From Pelagomonas calceolata (taxonomy: Eukaryota): a DNA stretch of 64,000 nt. Shown piece after piece: positions 11,027 through 19,657 of this stretch. The notes beneath the pieces were generated by a model. That model ran no database searches, was not told the DNA's origin, and was given only the letters and a program-made list of their open reading frames with translations. The DNA lies in NCBI GenBank assembly GCA_918797485.1, contig CAKKNE010000001.1:4774001-4838000 (forward strand), in the 5' to 3' direction. Position numbers and translations under genes: made by a program. Each line of letters begins with the position of its first letter. The stretch's first letter is position 1.

Positions 11027-12229
11027 TTAAACCTCGCACGTATTCTTGTCCTCGTCGACAATTACGACAACGGCGACGGCCGCACATAAGTTCGCGAGCC
11101 ACGCCGCGGCGAGGCCTCCGGACGCCGCGGCCGCGGCCGCGGCAGCGCTCTCGACGGCCGTCCGCGCGGCACGCACGGCAGGCGGTGGCGGCGTCGTAAA
11201 GGCCGTCGTCCAGGCGTCGGCGAGGCGTGATACATACGCGGCTTTCACTTCCGAAGCCTCTGCGTCGTCGTTCGCCGCGAAGAAGGCGCGCGCACCCGAC
11301 GAGAATCGTTTGGCCGTCTCGCGCTCGACCTCTTTGCCGTCGTCGATCCTCCCATCTCTTGGTAGATCCGAGAGTGCGTCGTCGACGTAGCCGATCGCTG
11401 CTGGGAGGAGAGCCAGAGCCGTCGCGACGGCCGCGGCGCCGGCGATGCCCAGCCACGCATCGCCCTCGAGCGGCACAAAAGCCGGCTGGATGCGGCCGTG
11501 CAACAGAGCTACGCGAGGTACGTCCGCGATCGCGGCCAACCCGATCGTGCCGACTTTCCAGGGGCCTTCCGTAGCCCTCCAGTCGTGCGGCGCCGGAATA
11601 GCGTAGGACCCCGTTGCCGCATCGACGATGGAGCGCTCGAGCGCGCGCCCGTCGGGCGGCTCCGAGCCGGCCGACGCCCGATGCGCCGCCACACGCGCCG
11701 CGGCCACGGGCACGCCGGCGGCGAGGCCGCAAGTCAGAGTCGTGGTATCGAGGCTTCCGACGTCCGCCCCGCCATTCGCCGCTGCTGCAACGCCGAGACC
11801 CACGCAGGCAACCGCGAAGACGGGCAACGTCGCCGGCTGCGACAGACAGTATTTCAAGAATTTGGAAAGCTTCGTCGACGTGTCCGTGTCGCGGAACGAC
11901 GCCTTGCGCGCGGTCCGGAGCCGCTCCATGAAGACCTCCGCCGCGGCGCGCTCGTCCGGCGATGCATTTCCGAGCTTCAGCAGCCGCATACCAGAACGCA
12001 GCGGCTTTGGCGGCTTTTTTACATCTGGCGGCCGCCGCGTCCAGGTCCTTCGCTCCTCGTCCCAGCGGAAGCCCATCGCTTTCATTTTTTCGGCTTGCTC
12101 GGGCGTGACGTCGCGCGCCGACGAGGCGTCTCGTCGCGGCGTTGGCGTACGCTGCAGCGTCCTCTGTGGCAGCAGTGCTGCACCGAGCTGTACCGCCGTC
12201 CAGCATGCCACAGCCGTCGCGCAACGCAT
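11027..12229 (-). CDS. Hypothetical membrane protein with signal/transit peptide
   Basis: 400 aa ORF, hydrophobic N-terminus, several TM-like segments; stop lies tail-to-tail with the neighbour. Confidence 0.65.
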   Translation of the reverse strand: MRCATAVACWTAVQLGAALLPQRTLQRTPTPRRDASSARDVTPEQAEKMKAMGFRWDEERRTWTRRPPDVKKPPKPLRSGMRLLKLGNASPDERAAAEVFMERLRTARKASFRDTDTSTKLSKFLKYCLSQPATLPVFAVACVGLGVAAAANGGADVGSLDTTTLTCGLAAGVPVAAARVAAHRASAGSEPPDGRALERSIVDAATGSYAIPAPHDWRATEGPWKVGTIGLAAIADVPRVALLHGRIQPAFVPLEGDAWLGIAGAAAVATALALLPAAIGYVDDALSDLPRDGRIDDGKEVERETAKRFSSGARAFFAANDDAEASEVKAAYVSRLADAWTTAFTTPPPPAVRAARTAVESAAAAAAAASGGLAAAWLANLCAAVAVVVIVDEDKNTCEV

Positions 12230-12318
12230 CGTTTCGATTTTTTATTGGCTTTTGTGTTAATTTAGATAATTTTTGACGCGTTTAAGTGCAACTTTCACTC
12301 CTGTCCAGAACCCATCGG

Positions 12319-12341
12319 GCTAGCGGCCTGTAACACACTAG
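12319..12341 (+). promoter_or_regulatory. CTAG-bounded intergenic motif copy 3 (GCTAGCGGCCTGTAACACACTAG)
   Basis: In a divergent gap, about 85 nt upstream of the ankyrin gene ATG. Confidence 0.6.
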
Positions 12342-12425
12342 CAAGACATGGAGCATAAAACCAAAAGCCTCTGACAGCTATAGCTCCGGCGCGTCCTTAT
12401 ACGTGGAGAGCGGTCACGCATCAAG

Positions 12426-13292
12426 ATGTCGATCCACGAAGCCGCGTTGAAATGCGATGTCGAGGGACTAAGACGATGTTTGCCACAGTGTTTGACCCGG
12501 GAGGCTCAGATGCTGTACAAGCTGTATGCTACCCCGGTAGACGCAAGAACATCGTCTCTCTCGGGCGGGCAAACGGCTCTTCACCTCCTCTGTGGCTCTA
12601 ACTCTGCGCACGCCGCGATGTATGTGCAAACGGGCGAGAGAAATGCCGAGACCGTCGAGGCGTGTTTTCATTTACTGCGGGAAGCAGGCGCCGACCTCAG
12701 CGCGCGCGACGATGCTGGTCGTACACCGCTTCACCACGTGGCCACCTGTTCGGGCGCACGTATGATTCCCGAAGTCCATGCGAATTGGCAAGGGGGTTGC
12801 CTGCAGTTGGCATCACTTTTGCTCCACCACGGCGCGGACGTGAACGCGACGGATGCCCAGAGTATTCCGGGTCGTGCTTCACCGCTTCACGAAGCCGTAT
12901 TTTGCCCCGCCATGACGGCTTTGCTCGTGAAAGCAGGAGCCGACGTGAATCTCCCCAACCGTGATGGTCGGACACCACTGTATACCGCAGTCTTGTATGC
13001 TACGAGATGGAGAGACGAGCGTGTGCGTGGGACTGTGCCTATCCTCCTCCGCGCCGGCGCCGCAATTATCGGCGACGTATCAGACCACTTCACATGGGAT
13101 CCTGCTGATTATGATTTCAGCCAAGGTACTGGCTTGTATTTTCAAAAGGTAATCGACGCGGGCGGCTTCAAGAAGTACGAGCAGGCCCACCTCGCGACCC
13201 TCACGAAAACGTTCGCGCCCAAGTTCCCGATGCTCCCGCCCGAGATGGTCCGGCACATACTCACGTTCGGCTTCCACGCGGGGTTCTACTGA
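12426..13292 (+). CDS. Ankyrin-repeat protein
   Basis: GQTALHLLC, GRTPLHHVA, SPLHEAV, GRTPLYTAV, GADVN motifs; C-terminal LPPEMVRHILTF tail. Confidence 0.9.
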   Translation: MSIHEAALKCDVEGLRRCLPQCLTREAQMLYKLYATPVDARTSSLSGGQTALHLLCGSNSAHAAMYVQTGERNAETVEACFHLLREAGADLSARDDAGRTPLHHVATCSGARMIPEVHANWQGGCLQLASLLLHHGADVNATDAQSIPGRASPLHEAVFCPAMTALLVKAGADVNLPNRDGRTPLYTAVLYATRWRDERVRGTVPILLRAGAAIIGDVSDHFTWDPADYDFSQGTGLYFQKVIDAGGFKKYEQAHLATLTKTFAPKFPMLPPEMVRHILTFGFHAGFY

Positions 13293-13312
13293 ATAGTAAG
13301 AACACACATAAA

Positions 13313-15343
13313 TCACCCTTTAATCCAGCTAGACCCCTCTTCCGCCCGCGGCATCGACGCGGCGAGGGAACTCTTGCCGGGCCGCCGCTTCCGCCGCATC
13401 ACGCCCGCGGCGCGGACGCCCTCCTCGGCGATGAGCTCCCGTGTGGAAGACGGCTTCGACCACTCGAGGCGGTGCTTGTGCAGCGCGAGGCCCGGCGCCG
13501 GTATGGTCGGCAGCTCGACCTCCACCCGTCGCGTAGGCGATTCTTCCTCCTGCTCCTCGTAGTCGTAGCCGCCTGTTAATAAGCCCTCGTCGTCGCGCTT
13601 CTTTTTACGACGCATCCTTTGTTTGGGCGGCGCTTCCTCCGCCGGGACGCCCACCGGCTCGAGCGGCGGCCTGGCTTCAGCCGTGGCCCGCTTCCGCACC
13701 TCCTTGACCAGCGCGTCGGCCTTGCGCGCGATGTTACCCGCGTTCCGCGCGATCGATTCCGACTTCCGGATCTCCTCGCCAAAATTATTGACCGTGATTG
13801 CTAACGTTCTCACACTATCCACAACAGCTTGGAGTTCGTCGTGCGACGCCTTGACCTTCATCGCCTCCTTGTCAGCTTTCAATGATACTTGTTCGTGCGT
13901 CGACCGCGTCGCCTCCAGCGCTTCCAACCGTCCGGCATGGTCGTCCTCGACAAACGCTCTAAATTCATCCAACTCCTCCAGCAAGTGCAGCTCGGGAGCG
14001 AGCGCCGTGCGCACGGCCTGGAACGTACTTCCAACACTTTCCTTTAGCTCCGCGAGCTCACCGTCGTGCTTGTCCAGGTGGTCCTCGTTCTGGAACGTCA
14101 CCTTCGCGTTGTCCTCTATGTTTTTATTCAGAGTCTTGACCTCGTGGTTCAACGCCGCCTGCGTGCCGTCTATTTTCCTATCTAACCTCTCAACTTGTTT
14201 TTCCTGGTCCTTTGACAAGTTCCCAAGTCTATCGGAGAGCTGGATGACCTTGTTGCGCTCGGCCTTGTCTCGTTCTAGCGTAGATACGCGTCGGAACAAG
14301 GCCAACACCGCGTCGGCGCACGGTTCGTCTTCCTCAGCCCCGGCGATAACGTCGGCCTTGAGCCTCAGACCGTGGCGCAACGCTACACCTTCGCCGCCGC
14401 CCGCATTTTGTTGACTTAGCTTGTGGAGGAACTGCGTTGGATCCACCTCCCATTTTTCCACTGTTTCTGACGCGCCATCTCTATCACCTGACCGCGCCTT
14501 TTCCGCGGCCGCGTCGATGGTCAATAAAGCGCCCAGTCTCATTGAAAGCGCTTCCAACGATTGAAAAGCGCGGGCCCCTTGCGCGATCTTCGGTTCGTTG
14601 TCGACGCGCCACTGCTTGTCCTGCGCGACGGCCCGGTCTCGACGCGCTTCGGACTTGTCAATCTCCCTCTGTGCTTTCTCAAGCTTCAAGCAGCGCTCTT
14701 CTAGAGATGTTAAACGACCCTTGGCCGCGGACAGCTGGGCCTCGGCCTGCATGGCCCGCTTGTCAGACGCGTAGGCCTTCTCGGTGAGCGCTTGGCACGT
14801 CTTGAATAGCGTTTCGACGGCGTGCTCGTGGGCCGCGCCCCGTGCCACAGGATCGGCGAGGTGGTCCAGGACCACGCTCCGCATCGCGTCCCGCAGCTCC
14901 GTATTTAAGGCAGCACGCATGCCGGCGACTTGAGCTCCGTAGCTGCTCATTGTGGTCGACATCCTTGACTCGAAGGCCCTCTCTAAAGTCCACACGGTGC
15001 CGTTGTCTCGTGTTATGCGCAGGTTTTCGCTTCTCATACCATCCATGTCCTTCCCTAAACGCTCGAGGCCCGCCTCGACGGCCCGGAGGCGTTCGTCATC
15101 TACTTCTACTGGAGGCGCCTCGGACTCATCTGACTCGTCGATCGTCGACGCCGCCAGCGACTCAACATCTTCTTCGGGCTCGTGCAACACTTCCTCGTCC
15201 TCGGGGTCGGCCAGCAGCGCGGGCACCGGTACATGCGGCGGCGGGCGCCGCTTTACTGGCGGCGCACTTTCCACGGACTGCTCGTCGAAGGCCACCTGGA
15301 CCGGGCCCCGGCGCGTCATCTGGGTGGCGTACTTTTTGACCAT
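13313..15343 (-). CDS. Long coiled-coil protein, paralog of 19658-22324
   Basis: ORF open to 15625 but first ATG at 15343; heptad-rich; shares sequence blocks with the neighbouring paralog. Confidence 0.7.
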   Translation of the reverse strand: MVKKYATQMTRRGPVQVAFDEQSVESAPPVKRRPPPHVPVPALLADPEDEEVLHEPEEDVESLAASTIDESDESEAPPVEVDDERLRAVEAGLERLGKDMDGMRSENLRITRDNGTVWTLERAFESRMSTTMSSYGAQVAGMRAALNTELRDAMRSVVLDHLADPVARGAAHEHAVETLFKTCQALTEKAYASDKRAMQAEAQLSAAKGRLTSLEERCLKLEKAQREIDKSEARRDRAVAQDKQWRVDNEPKIAQGARAFQSLEALSMRLGALLTIDAAAEKARSGDRDGASETVEKWEVDPTQFLHKLSQQNAGGGEGVALRHGLRLKADVIAGAEEDEPCADAVLALFRRVSTLERDKAERNKVIQLSDRLGNLSKDQEKQVERLDRKIDGTQAALNHEVKTLNKNIEDNAKVTFQNEDHLDKHDGELAELKESVGSTFQAVRTALAPELHLLEELDEFRAFVEDDHAGRLEALEATRSTHEQVSLKADKEAMKVKASHDELQAVVDSVRTLAITVNNFGEEIRKSESIARNAGNIARKADALVKEVRKRATAEARPPLEPVGVPAEEAPPKQRMRRKKKRDDEGLLTGGYDYEEQEEESPTRRVEVELPTIPAPGLALHKHRLEWSKPSSTRELIAEEGVRAAGVMRRKRRPGKSSLAASMPRAEEGSSWIKG

Positions 15344-15785
15344 TGTTACGGCGCGACGACGGCGTCTATGTGGCTGTTCCTTGTTGGGCAGCCTCGATTC
15401 GCGTGTGGTCGCGCTTTTCGAGGCTGCTCGCGTTCGGGGCAGTGCCGGAGCTGTTACCGGGTGCGATGCGGTCCTGCGTTGCGCGAGGCGCGAGCGTGGG
15501 CCTCCGCTCTCACTTGGCGCTGTGCTCTCCTTGCCCAGGATGGGCGGCAGCGCTGCGCGCGTGCGGCTCCGAGGGGCGAGGCTTACCGAAGCTTCGAAGG
15601 GCAAGGGAGAGGGTGGCGTCACCACGAGACGACTGGGCGATTTCGTGCGGGTTCACTGGCTTGCTAATGTGTTACAGGCCGCTAGCTCGGCTTTTGCTCG
15701 GTCACAAAGGCTCGCACAGCTGGGCCAGCAAGGGCCAAGCACTGCACACCACCCCACACGCCATCGACGCGCCGGACCGCGCTGC

Positions 15786-17045
15786 ATGCGCTTATTATCG
15801 GTCATCGCGCGCACCATGGCCGCGACGCAGTGGCACCCCGCCGGCATCCGGCCGCAGCGCTCGGCGCTCGAGAGCCTCAAGGCGCGGAAGGAGGCGTTCC
15901 TAGGGGACGCTGCCGGTCCTCTAGCTTGTTGGACGTGTTGTTTAGGTTCGAGCGCTGGAGATCTTGATAGCTTAGCATCAGCGTTGGCCGCAGCCCACGC
16001 GTGCAACGGCACGGCCGTCGCGCGGTTCAGGAGGGAGGATCTCGCATTGAGGAAGGACTGCCAACTCGCCTTAGGGGAGAAGGGCGCCGCGGCTTTACTC
16101 TACGAGGACGAGATCACTGACGAAGTTGCGAAAAAGAGAGAGCCGAAGACCACTTTAGTACTGGTGGACCACAACCGCTTCGACGCCCAATCCCTGCAAT
16201 TGGGAGATAGGATCATTTGTGTGATGGATCATCATAGAGACGAAGGTCAGCACAAGGACGCCATCGACCGAGAAGTCGACGAGACGTGTGGAAGTTGCTC
16301 GTCTTTACTAGCCGAGCGCATGGCCGCGTACATGGAGCCTGATTTAGCCCGAATACTGCTCGCGGCCGTCGCGATTGATTGTCGGGGCTTCGACCCGAAA
16401 GTTAGAGGTACCAAATTTAGTGGAAGAGACGTCAAGGCGGCGCATTCTCTACTAGATGTGCTGGGGCCGAAGGTTTCGGATCGGTCCGAGGACTCCCTAC
16501 GAGCGAGACCGATCCCCGAAGGGCTTTTTGACGCTTCTACAATTCCGGCGCTCGCGAAACTCTTAGGCGCCGCGCGGCACGATGTGACAGGTTTGACGGC
16601 GGCTCAATTAATTGCTCTGGACTACAAGAGCGCCGTGGCTGGTGATGGCACAAAGGTCGGCGCCGCTTCCATTTTAACTCCCTTCGACGATTTTGAAAGT
16701 AGGGCTGGTGGGAGCGAGGCGCTCGCGGCTCTGTTAAAAGAGGAGGCGTCTTCCCGGAACGTCGACGTGCTCTTTGCCATGTGCCAGACGGACCCTTCGA
16801 CAAAGAAGCGCGGCCTCGCGTACGCTGGCAAGGCGGTCGAGTCCGTCGAGCGCGGTTTCGAGGCCGCGCCTGAATCGTTACCTGACGCGCTGCGGACGGC
16901 GGCGCTGTTCGTCGAGCAGAAGATATCTTCTGAGGGGTTTGGGGCCGCGTTCTCGGATAGAGGAGGGATGCGGTATTCCGAGCTGCGGCCGCAGACGTCG
17001 CGGAAGACGGTGCTGCCGGCGATCCTGCACTTCATGGCGGGGTAA
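15786..17045 (+). CDS. DHH/DHHA2 exopolyphosphatase (PPX1/Prune-like) or family II pyrophosphatase
   Basis: GDLDSLAS (DxD), LVLVDHN, MDHH, GSCSSL, LDYK, C-terminal SRKTVLP. Confidence 0.85.
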   Translation: MRLLSVIARTMAATQWHPAGIRPQRSALESLKARKEAFLGDAAGPLACWTCCLGSSAGDLDSLASALAAAHACNGTAVARFRREDLALRKDCQLALGEKGAAALLYEDEITDEVAKKREPKTTLVLVDHNRFDAQSLQLGDRIICVMDHHRDEGQHKDAIDREVDETCGSCSSLLAERMAAYMEPDLARILLAAVAIDCRGFDPKVRGTKFSGRDVKAAHSLLDVLGPKVSDRSEDSLRARPIPEGLFDASTIPALAKLLGAARHDVTGLTAAQLIALDYKSAVAGDGTKVGAASILTPFDDFESRAGGSEALAALLKEEASSRNVDVLFAMCQTDPSTKKRGLAYAGKAVESVERGFEAAPESLPDALRTAALFVEQKISSEGFGAAFSDRGGMRYSELRPQTSRKTVLPAILHFMAG

Positions 17046-17101
17046 GTTTATGTATCTTACTTGGGACCAATCACCTTCTTAAAATAACTCACACAAACAT
17101 C

Positions 17102-19018
17102 CTACCACCTCCTCCACCACGCTCGACGACGTGGCGGCGTTTCGGGGGCCGCCGCCGGAGGAGGCGTCTCTCGAGGGGGCGCCACCGCCGCCGCGACGCC
17201 GTGGCGCCGCGCGAACTCAGCTACCGCCCTTAACGTGCCCGGCTCCGCTTTGGCTGGAGGCGCCGTCGACGCCTCGCCGGCGAGCAGGGCGCGCGCGTCG
17301 TCGGGCTGCCTCAGGACCCGCGGCTGCTTGAACTGCTGCGGCGAGCCTCCGTGATGCCGCCGGTAGGCCTCAAACGCCTCCGGCGACGCCGGAATGACGC
17401 GCGTCGGCGCGATGCCGCCCTTGGTGCGCCAATTGTCAAATATTGGAGACGCCTTCCGCAGGGCGTCGTCGAGGCGCTCCGAGGCGTCGGGATCCCAATC
17501 CATCGCGGCGACGACGTCGTAGCCCGGCGCCGCCGCGTCGTCGTGGCACTCGTACGCCGCGAAGTCCACGTTGCCGAGAGCGACGTCGACCGCCCCTTGC
17601 AAGACCTCCTCGCTCAGCTTCTCGCCGCGCACGTTGAGAACCTGGCCCGCGCGGTAGCGAAACCGCACGACCGGCGCGTGTCCCTCGTGGTACTTGACGA
17701 ACTCGACGACGTCGCCGATGCGGTAGCGGCACAGCCCACCAAGCGTCGTGACGACCAGTTCGTAGAGCTGCCCCGGCGACAGCTCGTCGGCGAGGAGCGT
17801 CTCCTTGTCGCCATCCAGGGGCAGAAACTCGAAGAACATGGCCCGTGGCACCAGACAATACACGCTGTCGCCGTCGTCCGATGGCTCCAGACCAACACCA
17901 ATCAATCCCTCCGACGCGGCGAGTACCGTAGAAAGTACCGGCACGCCCCGCCCTGCCCCTTCTCGCAGGCGCTGCGCATGCGGCGCGAACGAGCCCGTGC
18001 CATTCGACAGGATGAATCGGAGATGCGGCCATACGCGCCGCGCGAGGCCGGGACCCGCGTCCGCCGCCGCCTCGCGGAGCTGCGCCGCTCTTTCTGCGTC
18101 GGGGCCCCGCAGCGCCTCCTCCAGCTCGTCGGCGGGGCCGTTGCCGATCCTCGTCCGTATATCACCATCAAGGGAGCCCGTTTCGATCGCCCGCGCGATG
18201 CGCTCGTCGCGGAGGAGGCCCAGGAGCCGCGCCGGCAGCGTGACGAAGTTCGCCTCGACGAGTCCTAGATTCGCGTCTTTTGCGGCAAAGAGCGCGTGCA
18301 CGAAGAGCGCGGCCTCGTCGTCTAGGATCTCGTACCCAGCCCGCGGTGTTGAGTACAGCACGCGCCGCAGCTTCTCGAAGCTACGATCCTGCGGCCCCGA
18401 CGAGTTCGGCCCGACGCGCAGACCGCGGTCCGTGAAGCGCGGCGTCGCCCGGAAAGCCAGCTTGCACGAGTGCTGCAGGTGGTCGAGGCAGCCGCGCCGC
18501 GCCAGCACGTCGAAGACCACCAGAATACCTCGGACGAAGAACGTCGACGACATCGCGGCCGTCGTCGGCAGGAGCGCCACGTGGCCCGACGTGCCACTCG
18601 TGCGCGCGAGCATGGTCTCGCCGGCCGCGTTCAGCACATTTTCTTCGCCTGCCTCGATGCGCTTGACGTACGGTTCCACGTCGGCGTACGTGGCCAGCGG
18701 CATGCGCCGGCGATAGGCCCCGACGACGTCCTCGCTGGTCGCGAGAGCGCCGAAGCCGTGCGTCCGGCCGTAGGCCGTCTCCGCGTTCTGTCTTAGCAGA
18801 TCTCTGAGGAGCGTCCGCTGCGTTCGCTCGAACGTCGCGCAGTCTCGATCGTGCATGTATCGCATGCCGGCGCCGGCGACGCGCAGCGCGTCGAACATGA
18901 GAAATTGCTGGACGGCCGTGCCAAAGGAGTCCTCATCGGACCGCTCGCGTGCCAGGAATCGACATACCTGAATGGAAGTCGCAGCACCGGCGGCCGCGGA
19001 GACTGCACGACGTATCAT
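17102..19018 (-). CDS. GH3-family acyl-adenylating/amido-synthetase-like protein (GHDC-like)
   Basis: RTSGTSG P-loop, AASEG, PRAMFFEFLP, YELVVTTLGGLCRYRIGD, GEKLSE, QFKQPR. Confidence 0.9.
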   Translation of the reverse strand: MIRRAVSAAAGAATSIQVCRFLARERSDEDSFGTAVQQFLMFDALRVAGAGMRYMHDRDCATFERTQRTLLRDLLRQNAETAYGRTHGFGALATSEDVVGAYRRRMPLATYADVEPYVKRIEAGEENVLNAAGETMLARTSGTSGHVALLPTTAAMSSTFFVRGILVVFDVLARRGCLDHLQHSCKLAFRATPRFTDRGLRVGPNSSGPQDRSFEKLRRVLYSTPRAGYEILDDEAALFVHALFAAKDANLGLVEANFVTLPARLLGLLRDERIARAIETGSLDGDIRTRIGNGPADELEEALRGPDAERAAQLREAAADAGPGLARRVWPHLRFILSNGTGSFAPHAQRLREGAGRGVPVLSTVLAASEGLIGVGLEPSDDGDSVYCLVPRAMFFEFLPLDGDKETLLADELSPGQLYELVVTTLGGLCRYRIGDVVEFVKYHEGHAPVVRFRYRAGQVLNVRGEKLSEEVLQGAVDVALGNVDFAAYECHDDAAAPGYDVVAAMDWDPDASERLDDALRKASPIFDNWRTKGGIAPTRVIPASPEAFEAYRRHHGGSPQQFKQPRVLRQPDDARALLAGEASTAPPAKAEPGTLRAVAEFARRHGVAAAVAPPRETPPPAAAPETPPRRRAWWRRW

Positions 19019-19110
19019 TTGTACATTGATGGCAGTGCGATTGTCCACAAGAGGACCTGACCAAAACAAATACGTGGGTGCAGCGCCAGCTCTGCTGGCA
19101 GCCTGGGATA

Positions 19111-19134
19111 GCTAGCGGCCTGTAAAGACACTAG
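19111..19134 (+). promoter_or_regulatory. CTAG-bounded intergenic motif copy 4 (GCTAGCGGCCTGTAAAGACACTAG)
   Basis: In the divergent gap upstream of the GH3 gene. Confidence 0.6.
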
Positions 19135-19357
19135 CCAGCAAGCAACCCAAGGCAAAGAGATGCGAATACTGCCTCGCTGTAGCTCAAAACTGTAGTCTCG
19201 GCATAGTCTTTCACTCCTCTCTTTGACCCGGCGAAGATCTCGCAGCGTCGCGATCCCTGCGGGCTGCACAAGTGGGTGCCCTCTGCACAAGCAAAGCACA
19301 AGCAGGCGAGCCGCAGCGGAAAAATCGCGCCGAAGCGGTGGCCAGTGCGGACAAGCG

Positions 19358-19642
19358 ATGGCAACCAATGACGACGCAGCCATGAGTGCAGCGGTGAAAG
19401 CGGCGAGCGACGAAGTGCTGCAGGCGGCCGCCGCGGTCACGAAGGCCTGCAACGCGCTGGACCCCGCCGACGGCGCGAAGTGGGCGAAACGCCTCGACCG
19501 CGTCCTCGACGCCGTCGACGCCTACGCCGGCGCCCCGCCCAAGGGCGCGCCGGCGTCCAGCGCCGTCGACGCGACGGCCGGCCGGCTCTTCGCCGACATC
19601 GAATCCGCGCTGGCATCGCACGACCGGGCCAAGGGCTCATAA
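19358..19642 (+). CDS. Small Ala-rich helical hypothetical protein (94 aa)
   Basis: ATG at 19358, high GC3, stop immediately before a convergent stop as with other gene pairs here. Confidence 0.6.
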   Translation: MATNDDAAMSAAVKAASDEVLQAAAAVTKACNALDPADGAKWAKRLDRVLDAVDAYAGAPPKGAPASSAVDATAGRLFADIESALASHDRAKGS

Positions 19643-19657
19643 AACTATGTAAAATTA

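Noticed and set aside
14952..15785. Long N-terminal extension of the DHH ORF
   Set aside because: Largely the antisense shadow of the coiled-coil gene; the plausible start is 15786 or 15816
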